A stretch of 62,000 nucleotides of DNA from Octopus vulgaris (Eukaryota), in the NCBI GenBank assembly GCA_951406725.2, contig OX597826.1, positions 60,160,001 through 60,222,000 of the forward strand, read 5' to 3'. Both the position numbers and the translations under genes were made by a program. Each line of letters opens with the position of its first letter. Positions within the stretch are counted from its first letter, which is position 1. A model generated the notes under the pieces. The model saw only the letters and a list, made by a program, of their open reading frames with translations, was not told where the DNA came from and made no database searches. Below are positions 1 through 13,499 of the stretch, in pieces.

Positions 1-1
1 C

Positions 2-230
2 ATCCCATAGAAACTCAACAAATTGTTAAAAGATGGAGAAGGGATGTTAAAATTTGAAAATAATTTTAATGCAGGCACACGATCGTTCCGAACAGCAATA
101 GTAACATGTAAATAACATGGTAGAACAATTAAAATTAGTCAAATTAAATTGCATTACAAATCACTGTTCTTCTCAGTGCAAGACGAATTATATGATGATG
201 ATGATGATAATAATAATAATAATAATAAGG

Positions 231-282
<52 letters not shown>

Positions 283-547
283 TAATAATAATAATAATAA
301 TAATAATGATAAAAAATAATAATAATAATAATAATAATAATATTTTATGATGTATTCGTCTTGCGCTGAGAAGAATAGTAATTTGTAATTAATTTGATTC
401 ACTTTAATTAAGTTTAATTATTTTACCATGTTAATTACATGTTTAATATCACTGTTCGAAACGATCGTGAGCTTTTTAAAAATTATTTCCAAATTTTAAC
501 ATCTTCTCTTCTGCATCTTTAAATAATTTGTTGAGTTTCTATGGGAT
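2..547. mobile_element. Foldback/MITE-like element: ~190-bp imperfect inverted arms around a (GAT)n(AAT)n microsatellite loop; left arm may extend beyond the window start
   Basis: 2-188 is the reverse complement of 354-547. Examples: ATCCCATAGAAACTCAACAAATT vs AATTTGTTGAGTTTCTATGGGAT, and TTCTTCTCAGTGCAAGACGAAT vs ATTCGTCTTGCGCTGAGAAGAA. Confidence 0.85.
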
Positions 548-639
548 ACCTTTCCATGAAATCTCATAACACACAACATATGCGCGCACGCGTGTGTGTG
601 TGTTTATCTGCCTGTATGTCTGTGTCTGTCTGTCTATCT

Positions 640-848
640 GTCTGTCTGTGTATTTGCTTTTGTGTCTTTATTTGATCCTCCCAAATCGTTTGATAGCCGA
701 TTCTGGTAGGTTTACGTCCCCGCTAACTTAACGGTTCGGCAAAAGAAACGTTAGAAAAAGTACTAGGGTTCAATTTGCTCGCCTAAAGGCGATGCTCCAG
801 TATGGCCGCGGTCAAACGACTGAAAAAAATAAAAGAATAAAAAATAAA
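640..848 (+). mobile_element. tRNA/CORE-type SINE (family A), 3' half, diverged
   Basis: Matches the 3' half of the full copy at 30605-31010 (GTTTACGTCCC...CGGTTCGGCAAAA...CTAAAGGCG.TGCTCCAG.ATGGCCGC.GTCAAA.GACTGAAA plus A-rich tail). Confidence 0.75.
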
Positions 849-898
<50 letters not shown>

Positions 899-1034
899 CA
901 CGTATATATGTGTGTGTATATATATAATTAAAAAGTGAATAAAGCTTTCTATCAATGTATTTGGTTAAACCCAGTTGGCATGTGGATTGTTTTTTAACAA
1001 TCCCTTATGGGGATATTGCTTCATCAAATTCTGA

Positions 1035-1153
<119 letters not shown>

Positions 1154-1209
1154 ATATACAAACACACACACATATATATATAAATATGTGTATATATATT
1201 TATATATAG

Positions 1210-1250
<41 letters not shown>

Positions 1251-2264
1251 TTTATACATATATATATAATATACTATATGTATATATTTATACATACATA
1301 TATATATATATGTATATATACATATAATATATTCTTTTGCTTCTTTCAGCGATGCGGCTGCGGTCGTGCTATATATACATGTATCTATATCTATATATGC
1401 ATGTATGTATATGTGTGTGTGCGTGTGTTTGTATATGTGTGTGTGGTGTGTTTGTGTGTCTGTGCGTCTGTGTAGTTTAAATCTATAACGATGCAGATTG
1501 TGAGGTAGTGTGGTATTCAGCTTCCATAAATATCACTCCATTTTGCATTACATTCACAGGAAAAAGAAATTGTAATCCTTCTTTAATGAACTGGATCCAA
1601 TTGCAAGAAATGCTTCCATTCTTCAAACTGTAATACAGTCCCTAATACCCACCATAGATAATTCTTCTATAACACTTACAAACATACTGAAAATTTAACA
1701 AATCCCGATACCATAGTGAGAATTTATTAAATAAAGGAAGCTTATATATAAGAGGAAAACCCTGACGGTGATGAATCACTAATAGAGTCTCTATGTATTC
1801 ACTCAGCTGGATAGATGTAACCACAAAAGCAGGGACGTTATTGAATTGCGTCCTATTTGCTCTGTCAAAAGAAAGGACATTTTGTTTGAAGTGGCTTAGT
1901 GTTACTTGACTACGTACAGAAATGTAGAAAAGAAAAGGTGGTAGTTGTAGTTGGTCTACTGAGGAAGAATATGGAACCAAACAGCAATAGCAACATGAAG
2001 GTGATTCTTCTAAATCCACTTCGTTTTTCTGTACGACTTTTAAATCGTATCACTAATGGTAATGGTAGTAGGCACGAAAGAAACGTTGTTATCTTTGATG
2101 CTATTGTTAGTGGTGACGGATGCGGCGGTGACGGTCGTCTTCGTCCTCGTCGTAGTTGTAGTGGTGATGGAGGTAGTCGCAGTGGTGGTGGTGATTATGA
2201 TGATGAGGATCACACACACACACGTAATGTAGGGATTTCAACACAAGTTTCGGCTATCAAATTC

Positions 2265-2368
2265 ATTCACAAAGAATTATTCGACTCCGGAATCTAGTTA
2301 TAAGACACTTGCTCAAGGTACTACGCAGTGGAACCGAACCCAAAACCGTATGGTTGCATCCATGCTTA
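2265..2368 (-). mobile_element. SINE family A head fragment, old
   Basis: ATAAGACACTTGCTCAAGGTACTACGCAGTGGAACCGAACCC resembles GAAGACACTTGCCCAAGATGCCACGCAGTGGGACTGAACCC in younger copies. Confidence 0.6.
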
Positions 2369-2559
2369 AGCAATAGATCAATATATGTCTGTCAAGTATG
2401 CCGTTACCCTTATTGTTGTTGATGCTGTTCTTGTTATGGAGATGTTATTGTTGTTATTATTCATGACACCATGTTCAGTTTGTTGTTGATAATGATTGGT
2501 TATATCGTTGTCCGTTTCCCTTCTGATGGCGTTGACGTAATATTTATGATGTTAAGTAG

Positions 2560-3777
2560 GTTGCTAATATTGGTGATGTCGATGAAAACAATGTTGCTGT
2601 TGTTCTTTATAACGATGTTGCTAATGTTGGTGATGTTGATGAAAACGATGTTGTTAGTATTCTTTATAACGATGTTGCTAATATTGGTGATGTCGATGAA
2701 AACTCTGTTGCTGTTGTTCTTTATAATGATGTTGCTAATTTTGGTGATGCTGATGAAAACGATATTGCTGGTATTCTTTAAAACGATGTTGCTAATATTG
2801 GTGATGTCGATGAAAACGCTGTTGCTGTTGTTCTTTATAACGATGCTGCTAATGTTGGTGATGTCGATGAAAACGATGTTACTGACGTTTTTAAAACGAT
2901 GTTGCTAATGTTGGTGATGTTGATGAAAACGATGTTGCTGGTATTCTTTATAACGATGTTGCTAATGTTGATAATGTTGATGAAAACGATGTTACTGACG
3001 TTTTTAAAACGATGTTGCTAATGTTGGTAATGTTGATGAAAACAATGTTGCTGGTATTCTTTATAACGATGTTGCTAATGTTGATAATGTTGATGAAAAC
3101 GATGTTACTGACGTTTTTAAAACGATGTTGCTAATGTTGGTGATGTTGATGAAAACGATGTTGCTGGTATTCTTTATAACGATGTTGCTAATGTTGATAA
3201 TGTTGATGAAAACGATGTTACTGACGTTTTAAAACGATGTTGCTAATGTTGGTGATGCTGATGAAAACAATGTTGCTGGTATTCTTTATAACGATGTTGC
3301 TAATGTTGATAATGTTGATGAAAACGATGTTACTGACGTTTTTAAAACAATGTTGCTAATGTTTGTGATGTTGATGAAATCGATGTCGCTGGTATTCTTT
3401 AAAACGATGTTGGTAATGCTGATAATGTTGATGAAAACGATGTTACTGACGTTTTTAAAACGATGTTGCTAATGTTGGTGATGTTGATGAAAACGATGTT
3501 GCTCTTGTTCTTTATAACGATGTTGCTAATATTGGTGATATCGATGAAAACGCTGTTGCTGTTGTTCTTTATAATGATGTTGCTAATTTTGGTGATGCTG
3601 AGGAAAACGCTGTTCTGGTATTTTTTAAAACGATGTTGCTGTTGTTCTTTATAATGATGTTGCTAATATTGGTGATGCTGATGAAAACAATGTTGCTGGT
3701 ATTCTTTAAAACGATGTTGTTAATTTTGTTGATGTTGAAGAGAACGATGTTGCTCTTGTTCTTTATAATGATGTTCG
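2560..3777. repeat. 57-bp minisatellite with an internal 113-bp (56+57) higher-order repeat
   Basis: Unit starts (GTTGCTAAT or close variant) at 2560, 2617, 2674, 2731, 2788, 2845 (57-bp spacing), then 2901, 2958, 3014, 3071, 3127, 3184, 3239, 3296, 3352, 3409, 3465 (alternating 56/57, one 55). Confidence 0.95.
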
Positions 3778-4744
3778 ACAATGAAATTTTAGCTCTCCAT
3801 GTCATTGTTTGAGATTATTTTTTCTTACGCTCTTGTTGATGTCATCGTGTTCTTGTACATTTTAATGATAACAGTATTGATGTCGTTGTTGTTCTTCTAT
3901 ATTGGTTTATTCATTGTCAGTTCATTCTTATTTATGCTATCTTTGTTGAACATGTTGTTATTTGGATGATATTATTGTTAATAATATTGAGTACGTTGTT
4001 TAACTGTTTACCCATCTGCTAGTCAACAGAAAAAGTGCCGACTTAGAAAGAATAATGAAAGGCTTTCCAGTCCTCACCATTTCCAACCGGTTTTCTTATG
4101 AACCAGCAAACATGCAATACAATGTATTCTGTATATATTACAGCAGGGTGTAAAGTGAGAGACATTTGGCTACTATTTCTATCAGATTGAACGTCTCATA
4201 GCGACTTCTTACTATCTCTAAGTTATTACTTTTGTTGTTGTTGTTGTTGTTTTGGTGGTGGTTGTTGTCTTGGTGATGGTGGTGGTGGTAGATGTGATGA
4301 TGTTAGTTGTGATTGATGTGTTGTTAGTTGCTGCTATTTTGCTTCTAGGCAGATGAAGTCGACTTTCTATATTTCAAGCAGTCGTATCAGGTGGAGCAAG
4401 ATGGGGAAGAGAGAGAGAGAAACAGAGAGAAACAGAGAGAGAGAGAGAGAGAGAGAGAGGCAGACTGACAGACAGAAACATAGAGAATGGGAGGGAAAAG
4501 GAAGAGAGAGAGAGAGAGAGATCACAGGGATTCGAGTAGAGGTCGATGGGGATTGTCGAGGTGGATGAAGAGGAGCTGTAGGATGAGGAAGGATATTATG
4601 GAGGTGGATGATGAAGGAGGTAGACGAGGAGGCAGTGAGCAGGTGGAGTAATGTCCACTTGATACGTCTCAAATAGATTGTCTCCACTGTGCTAACAGCA
4701 ATTCGACCCCCTTCCCATATTTTGTCCTTTGAGATGAATGTAAT

Positions 4745-4827
<83 letters not shown>

Positions 4828-5308
4828 GTATGTGCGTCTGTTCCGTTTGAGTGTGTGTGTGTCACTGAGAGGAAGAGAGAGAAGTCTGTGCGTGTGAGTA
4901 TGTGCACCTCTGTACTGTTATGTTCGTGTTACTACTTTGGTTTATTAATGTGTTTAATGGTATCTGTTATGTATGAGTGAAAGCGTGTTTGCCTGCGTGT
5001 GCGTATGTCCGTGTGTGCTTGCTTGTTTGTGTGTATTTGTGTGTCTGCGTATGAGTGAGTGTATCTGTGTGTGTGCGTGTGTTCCAATTTAAAAGATAAA
5101 AGTTATATAAAGTAAGTTTGAAGATGGCTGATTTTACGCAAATGTATAAAAGTAAGCACACTACGTATTCACACTTACGCCACACGGACCTACATCATGT
5201 GCACACACAAACATACTCGTTCAGACATATATAAAGATATTTACTCATATAGACCCAGAAAGAAACAAGGCATTTATAAAAAAGAAATATATAAGTATGT
5301 ACATACAT

Positions 5309-5385
<77 letters not shown>

Positions 5386-5388
<3 letters not shown>

Positions 5389-5583
5389 GTTAGCTACTGC
5401 ACGCATTTTTTTTCTCTCCTTCTTTCTGTGTTTTTCTCTCTCTGTGTATCTTTCTGTTGAAGAGCGTAGGCTCGAAACGTTAAAGACTTGTTTTATTTAT
5501 ATTTCCTGAGCGCCATACTAATACAATTGTTCGTTTGTTTTCCACCTGCCTTCGTCTTTTGTTTATTTTCATAAAGCTTCCCG

Positions 5584-5585
<2 letters not shown>
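5386..5585 (+). mobile_element. ~200-bp (TA)n-embedded element with minimal hammerhead-like motif (family H1)
   Basis: 5449-5486: TCTTT-CTGTTGA-A-GAGC(GTAG)GCTC-GAAA-CGTT-AAAGA. Near-identical to 39378-39542 and flanked by (TA)n on both sides. Confidence 0.75.
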
Positions 5586-5680
<95 letters not shown>

Positions 5681-6209
5681 CACACACACGAATACTTACA
5701 TATATAAACATATACATATACGTAGACATGTATGTGTATTGTGTGTGTTTGCAAACACATGATATACGTGTGTGTATGTTTCACTATATAGCTATATATG
5801 TAAATACAAATATGTATGTACATATGTATGCATATATCTATATATACATGTGTCAACGTATGTGAATATGTGTGCGTATATTCTTGTGTATATTGGACCC
5901 ACACTCGATCGCCATACTAGGATATTACAAATGTTTCTTCCCTCGGGTAAAACCCAAAGTTACAAACCTGTCTCAATCCAAAATTCCTGAAGGAATTCTT
6001 CTAAATGACAGCTTGGATTTTAGAAACAAATGACTATTTTCTTTCATAAAGGAATTGTAATGCTGTGATCAAAATCTTGAACCCAACTGCCATCATTGAT
6101 TACGGGTCAATGTACCTTTTCTGGTCTTTTGTCTTTCGATTTCCACAACAGTAAGATTTTGACAAACAGCTAAGTGTATTTGTTAGATGTAAGTTAGATG
6201 TATATCAGA

Positions 6210-6578
6210 CTAGCAGTATCGCCCGGCGTTGCTCGGGTTTGTAAGGGAAATAACTATAAAGCATTTTTAGAGAGTTATAGCCAAAAAAATGGGAAAAAAA
6301 TTATGGTAAATTTTTTTTAGTTAAAAAGGTCGAGTTGCGTCCCCTAGACAGTCTGTGGTTTGTGTTTCTAATTCTCGACCCCATGTCGAATTTATCGATT
6401 TTTTTCAGAACTGGGGGAACTTTTCAAAATTTTCGCTGCGTTAGTTTTGAATTATGACATTGGGCTATGTGTGTGTCAAGTTTCATCAGAATCGGTTGAA
6501 AGCCGTGGTCAGGGTGAGGGTACAACCTAACAGACACACAGAAACACACAGACAAACTGCCGTTTATATATAGAGAGA
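6210..6578 (-). mobile_element. Complete non-autonomous Helitron (369 bp)
   Basis: On the minus strand it starts 5'-TC (6578-6577) after an A and ends CTAG-3' (6213-6210) before a T. Subterminal GC hairpin CCCGGCGTTGCTCGGG at 6222-6237. No TSD. Confidence 0.8.
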
Positions 6579-6917
6579 TAAGGGCACCAGCAAACAATCA
6601 GCCATACACACCCACACAATACACCATCCATACACTCACACACTCATACTCACATAACGCACTGGTGTGTTTACACATTTTTGTCTACAGCAGGAATCTT
6701 TCTCGTAACAACTGGTATCATGTTTATATTTAAATACATTACTGCTTAGCGCTTCTAATACGTACAGGAAAAAAACACAACAGCCATTTTCAACTATAAA
6801 AGGTACATATATATTATTTGTTTACGAAATCAGAAGAGGTAAATTGACAGGATTACTCCATGTAGTCAATTGCGTTGCAAATAATGGCAGTCCATTGACT
6901 CAAAGACGTATACGGCC

Positions 6918-7074
6918 CAGGCCTGGGTGTGCGGAAAGAAGCCTGATTCCCAAACACATGGCTCAGGGTTCAGTCCCACTGCGTGGCATCTTTGGCAAGT
7001 GTCTTCTACTATAGCCTCGGGCCGACCAGGGCCTTGTGAATAGATTTGGTAGACGGAAACAGAAAGAATCACGT

Positions 7075-7105
<31 letters not shown>

Positions 7106-7360
7106 GCATGTATATATCCATATACATATATATATATATACATATATATGTGTGTGCTTGTGTTTGTGTTTGACCACCACCATTGCTTAACAAACGATGT
7201 TGGTGTGTTTACGTCCCCGTAATTTAGAGGTTCGGTAAAAGTGACCGGTAATATATGTAACAGACTTACAAAAAATAAGCCCAGTGATCGATTTGTTCGA
7301 CTAAGAGGAAGTGCTCCAGCATGGCCACAGTCAAAATGAGTGAAACAGGTGAAAAAACAA
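6918..7360 (+). mobile_element. tRNA/CORE-type SINE (family A), near full length, with internal (TA)n
   Basis: B-box-like GGTTCAGTCCC, then GGCAAGTGTCTTC and GGTAGACGGAAAC, with the family 3' half ending GTGAAACAGGTGAAAAAAC. Confidence 0.85.
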
Positions 7361-7447
7361 TATGTATGTATGTATGTATGTATGAATGTGTATCTATGTA
7401 TGCATGTATATGTGTGCGCATGTGTGTAGTTGTGTCTGTGTGTGTGT

Positions 7448-7482
<35 letters not shown>

Positions 7483-8009
7483 TGTGTAGACGGAGATTCT
7501 TATTAGAGAACTTTTGACTCCGATGTCTTTAGCCATAACTACATTACCAGTAAACGTAGGTGATTGCAAAAATTACGAACGCAAAGACAATTGACTGCAA
7601 TTTTCAAAACAGTTTCTTTCTTTTTTCTTTTCGAGACCTCAAGTTGTTTCGGCTTCATCGAAAATCGGCGTGTTGAGCGCTATCCTGCCCTATGTCATCT
7701 AGAGCGAGAAACCTGAAACGAGCGAATGAAGACAGGGATAGCGTGAATTAGATATGTGTATTGTCTGGTTTCCCTGTATTCTAAAATAATATTGTATATG
7801 ATGGTATATAATAGATAGTGTGCAAGCAGAGATGATATCATCAAAAGTATGTAAGTCAGATGAAAATGGCTATTGTGTTTGAAATGGAAATAGTAAAAGA
7901 TTGTTTCGTGATTTTGAAGACAACAACTTAATAAAACGGCCGCAAAAACGAACAAAACGAATATAAGTATTACTAATGAAGATAATAATAAATTCTACAA
8001 AAGGAGTAC

Positions 8010-8182
8010 GACCTGAGATTTTTACTCCGCCCTCAGTGCTCAGTTGGTACGTATTTTGTCGAACTGAGAATGATGAAAGACATAGTCGCCCTCGGCGGTA
8101 TTTCATCACGGAAGGTAAAGCGGACGAAATGCCCTTGTGCGTTTTGTTTGGCGTGCTAACGACTATACCAGCTGGCCGTTTT
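8010..8182 (-). mobile_element. tRNA SINE (family B, Meta-domain-like), old copy
   Basis: Diverged reverse complement of 49479-49714 (GCTAACGAC..CCAGCT.GCCG; GAAAG.CA.AGTCG.CCTCGGCGG). Confidence 0.65.
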
Positions 8183-8191
8183 AATAATAGC

Positions 8192-8292
<101 letters not shown>

Positions 8293-8296
8293 TAAA

Positions 8297-8820
8297 TGCC
8301 CTGATGTAGCACCAGGCAGTGGTTCTCGTGGCTTCTGATCTCAACTGATTGGAAGTGTTATCATGTACATTGTTGTGTCTTGGTATAAAAGATGGGCTAC
8401 AGCAAATATTCTGCTCAATACCACAGATTTGCTTATCAGTTGCTTGACTTTAACCAGTTGAGCATGTCCCTTAGTGGCTGACGATATGTGCATCTCTGAT
8501 CACGAGCATCATAGCCATGTGTTGAGAGGGATTCTTTGGGGTTTGAATAATTCACCTCTGAAAACGTGGGTAGTTCGTTCAACATCCTTAAACAACCTTT
8601 TGAGCGGGATGGGCTACTCGACCAGAAGAAAATTCTAACTGGGCCCCACTTGCAAGGTCATGTGCTGTTTATCTTGACATGAGATCACCATGTCGCGCAC
8701 ATATGGTTGTGATGCATGTGCCTAGTGTACCCTTATCAGACGGGTAGTTATGATGGTTTTACTGGGCTTCGTATATTTTACCCCAGTGTCACTTTGATGG
8801 CATTCACTGCTCTCTCACTC
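8297..8820 (+). mobile_element. Non-coding interspersed element inserted in (AAT)n, copy 1
   Basis: Homologous over its whole length to the reverse complement of 57218-57798. (AAT)n lies directly on both sides (8184-8296 and 8821-8890). Confidence 0.85.
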
Positions 8821-8890
<70 letters not shown>

Positions 8891-9653
8891 TAACAGTAAT
8901 AATAATAATTTTATAAAAAAAGGATAGATATTTATGAATAGTTTTGTGTATATACCAATCTTTTACCGCAATAGTGGGAGGAAAAGAAATTAATCCAATA
9001 AAATTAATTAATCTAATAAAATTAATCTAACAAAATTCATCTAATTTTTGTATCTATAAATTCATACTTAGCTTATATAAAGCTATACTGGTATATTCAC
9101 TACTTATAAAAGAGGTTGCAATTTTATTAATATATAATTAGCATGTATTTTTACCTCAATACTACTTTATTAATACCAATATATACCAATTAATCAATAT
9201 TCACAGGCACCAACTGATGAGTTAGTATTTACGTGTACGCTATGTATAAATATTAAACTATTTCTGGATAATTTATTTTTCTCCCTCTATTGTAGTAAAA
9301 GTTTGGTATACACTCAACAGTATTCATAAATATCTGTAGTTTTTGTTATAATATTATTTTTAATAATCGTCTGAATAACCCTAAACGTTAACTGTATATT
9401 GTTTAAAATATTTAACTATAGTTAAAATATTTAACTATAGTACTAAATGATAAAGCTTCCCCTGTTTCATTATCAATAGTCTGCTAGTGGGCGACCCCAT
9501 TAATTGTCATCTAACATCTTGTTTTAAGTTTTCCTTTACCAAACTTCATGATATTGCCTCTAAGAAATCTTGATTTTTATGATTATATCAACTAAGATTT
9601 ATGTCTGCTCCCTCAGCCCTAACCCTAACAGATAATGTCCTTTGTTCTCTCAG

Positions 9654-9736
9654 CCTTAGATATACAAGGATTTGATAAACTAGTCTATGAATTAAAACTG
9701 ACCCCATTAAAAACAAAACAATCAGTGACAGACAGA
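9654..9736 (+). CDS. Candidate internal coding exon (83 nt, phase 1 to 0), xLDIQGFDKLVYELKLTPLKTKQSVTDR; host gene unidentified
   Basis: CCTAAC branch-like motif at ~9624-9629, acceptor TCCTTTGTTCTCTCAG, donor GA|GTGAGT, and only one open frame. Confidence 0.45.
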
Positions 9737-9970
9737 GTGAGTAAAAATGTATATCAGTCTGTTCTTTGTCTATATCCTTAACTTCTTGGAGATTTTAGGT
9801 ATAATTATACTAATGTGTCCATCTGTTCTAAATTAATTAAATTCTATATCTGTACAGCTGAGGATTGCTCTGCATTTTAAATTGTTGTAATGATTGCATT
9901 GTTCATTTAAATGGAGTTGCATGAAACGATCGTGCTGCATTACCTCTGCATATCCTTGTTGCTTATTTTG

Positions 9971-10112
<142 letters not shown>

Positions 10113-11021
10113 ATATGATATATATATATATACATATATTTATGAATGAGTAGGGCAAGAATGGGTTGATATTTCTAATGGTGTGAGGAAATGTATAGTT
10201 CCCTATTTAGTCTCCTATTCTTCTTTCTCTCTTTCTTCCTTACCTTCCTCTTCCCCTTCTTCTTCGTCTTCTTCTTCTCTTCTTCTTCTTCTTCTTCTTC
10301 TTCTTCTTTTTCTCCTTCTCTTTCTTCGTCTACTACTAGTACTACTACAGTTTGTATCAAGAGGAATATTGAAAGTATTGTCGATTTTTTTCTTAATTGG
10401 CAGTATCAATAACCATGCGTTATTGTTGTTGTTGTTGATGATGATGATGATGATGATGTTTTCAGATTATTTAGATGACTTTTTTTGCAAAGGAGAGTTG
10501 ACAACCTTCTCCAAATGAACCAACCAACCAGCTAACAAATCAACCCGCAAATCACCCACTAAAAAAAAAACAACATAATAACACGCACACATACCGTGTT
10601 AGAAATAAGAAGAACATTTAACAGCTATCTCCACATAACTTTTCTTAACGTAGAAAGCTGCTATTAATCATTTAATAAACATCTTTCTCAGGAAACGAAA
10701 GATTTTAGATGTTTCAATGGATATGTTTAAAAGGTAAAAAAAAATAAAACATAATATATAAACAAACAATTCGTGGAAATTAATAAATATATTGAAAATA
10801 CCAACAACAAAATCGGGCCAAATATGCATAAAAAAAAAAACGAGTAAATGTCATAAACAATTGATAGAAATTGTGCTGAATAAGAAACTAGAATTTAATT
10901 TTGATTTATGGGAGGGGAAAAAAGCGATCTATTGGTAATTGCCAAATAGTGATTGACGAAATGATAATTGAGAAAACAGCTAGGCATGGTTTGATATATA
11001 TATATATATATATACACACAC

Positions 11022-11072
<51 letters not shown>

Positions 11073-11206
11073 TATATGCGTGTATATATATTTATATATA
11101 TACATACATACATACATACATACATACATACATACACACATACACACACATAAATATACATATTTGCATATATAAACACATATACATATATATATAGATG
11201 TATGTC

Positions 11207-11283
<77 letters not shown>

Positions 11284-11800
11284 GTGTGTGCATAAACATA
11301 TATATATTTATGTATGTATATATATATATATATATACATATGTTTGTGTATGTGTAGGCAAAGAGACATAGAGAGAGCGGCACAAGAGAGGGAATTAGTA
11401 ATAGGGAGAGAAAGAAATAGAGGAAAAGAGAAATGACGAAAGAAAAGATGTACATGTATGTTTGTATGTGTGTATGGGAGGTATAGGAAGAAAGAGATAT
11501 AGTATAAAACCACTGACAATGCATGAAAACGTTGATAAAAAGGGAGAAAGACAGAGAGAGAGAGAGAGAGAGAAAAGTGGAACTGAGTGATTGAGAAAAG
11601 CAAACTGAAAGAGAACAGTTTTTTTATGTATCTTTGATCCGTGTCTTTATATTTCTGTGGATTCACTTCAACATATTAAATTCTCATCTCCGTAACACCC
11701 AAGTCTAATATGCGTGACTCCTGGAGAGCGCGCGCGCGCTTGAATGTATGTATTGTAGTATCGCTGTAGGGTAATGTATATGCATATGGGCAATACTTAC

Positions 11801-11889
11801 TTCGCTGTCTCCTCAGATGTACGGAATCTTACTCCGTTCGTATGAATATTTGAACCTACTACATCGAACATTCGTGGAAGCGAATCGAC
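11801..11889 (-). CDS. Candidate coding exon (89 nt), VDSLPRMFDVVGSNIHTNGVRFRTSEETA
   Basis: Minus-strand acceptor TATTTTATAACAG, donor AA|GTAAGT, one open frame. A competing plus-strand acceptor (CTCCTCAG at 11816) overlaps it. Confidence 0.25.
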
Positions 11890-13129
11890 CTGTTATAAAA
11901 TACGCACAACCGCAACAATTGTGGAGTACTTATCTCTGTATTTCTACTCCTCTTTCGTTTTATATATACATATATATATATGCATACGTTATACATGCAC
12001 GTATGTGTGTGTTATACATGTATATATATGGTATAGATATGTATGTATTTGACTTGGCCTTTACCCTCAAAACGGCAGGCATTGTGCAAAATCTGAAGTA
12101 ATTCTTATCATCATAGAAACAGGCCCTAACACGGCGGACATCCACCAAAGATAATCGTTTCCACTCACAATATAAGTTCCCACACAAATTCCATGCATAC
12201 ATAAATCCCCAAAAGAATTTAACCAAAACATAAACGAAAATCACATTAAGGAAAACAAATGCGTATGAAACCATTTTTCCCTCAGCTCACACGAAACGCT
12301 TCACATATTGTACCACTACTCAAATTCAATTCTTACAAGAACACCAACCTGAAAACGTACACACATTTCCTATAATCTTTCCAGAAAACCTTTGTTGCCT
12401 TGCAGCATCACCCAATATGGTGTTTTGGTATGAAGAGACATAATTCCTAGCCCAACCATTGCGTGAATTGGTTAATCATCTTTTTTACAGCATCGAAACA
12501 CCGGATGTGTTTGTTGACATCCCAAAATAGAGCGCGGTCTCCATATTTCATTTCATATCTGCCATCTCTGAAGAGCGCAGTGTTACATGATCGGACTGTA
12601 ACCTAACACCTCGTTGAACCCCTAGTGCGAAATCCAACCTTAAGATCAGCCGTAATGGGTGTACACTAGTGTACACTTCGATTAATATGTATGTATATAT
12701 AAATATATATAATACATGCATACATATGTACATACCTTGATGTTGATGAAATTCCAATGTATATAGGCAATAACCTAGGCAAGAAATATTGAAATATGTC
12801 TGAATAATAACATTCATACTTACATACATACATATATTGTTATGGTATATTCTGTAAAGAACATAGGGGAGTACAGTATTGAGCTCATCCTCCTTCAGAT
12901 TTAGCCTGTGCCATCCAGCAGTAGTATTATACATACTTCCAGGTTTGCGTTTCGGCATATGTCTTGTTTGAATAGGTAATTAAAGAAAGTGGGAAACATT
13001 TACATAATGAAGCACTTGCACACCTGGAGAACTACGTTGCATGGAAACAAATGTAGTGCTTAAAAATGAAATGTCCAAACGTTGACTCTAATTTCTTAAA
13101 TTGCACATATATATATATATATATATATA

Positions 13130-13350
13130 CATATATAAAGTTAATCCAAACAAGAAAGCACAAAAAAAACACTACAACGCAAGGACGTGGAACACATATA
13201 GCATTATTGGACGCTCAGGAATGAAGGAAAGAAGGAGGGTTTAACGTTTCGAGCGGAGCTCTTCGTCGGAAACATAGGAGAAGGAAAGATCCAGAGAAGG
13301 GAAGACAGAGGATAAAAAATCACCAACGGTACACACGAGGTCACATTTTG
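13130..13350 (-). mobile_element. (TA)n-embedded element with minimal hammerhead-like motif (family H2-related)
   Basis: Minus strand 13273-13239: GTTT-CCGACGA-A-GAGC(TCC)GCTC-GAAA-CGTT-AAAC, with downstream CCTGAGCG. (TA)n on both sides. Confidence 0.7.
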
Positions 13351-13369
13351 AAAAAATATATATATATAT

Positions 13370-13460
13370 GGAGGCGCTTGTCTTAGTGGTTAGGATGTCA
13401 GCATCATGATCGTAAGATTGTGGTTTCGTTGTGTTCTTGAGCAAAACACTTCATTTCACG
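13370..13460 (+). mobile_element. tRNA SINE (family C) head fragment
   Basis: GGCGCTTGTCTTAGTGGTTAG...GATCGTAAG.TTGTG...TTGAGCAAAACACTTCATTTCACGT matches the head of 18601-18903. Confidence 0.7.
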
Positions 13461-13461
13461 T

Positions 13462-13499
<38 letters not shown>

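Noticed and set aside
2471-3805. ORFs 2471-2908, 3463-3654 and 3569-3805 encoding 19-aa repeats
   Set aside because: By-products of the 57-bp minisatellite. The 56-bp units shift the frame repeatedly.
6052-6188. Splice-like signals giving a 99-nt or 37-nt exon
   Set aside because: The boundaries are mutually exclusive, the 37-nt form has stops in all frames, and there is no independent support.
9617-9629. CCCTAACCCTAAC as interstitial telomere repeat
   Set aside because: Only two units. It is better explained as chance or as the branch-point region of the 9654 acceptor.
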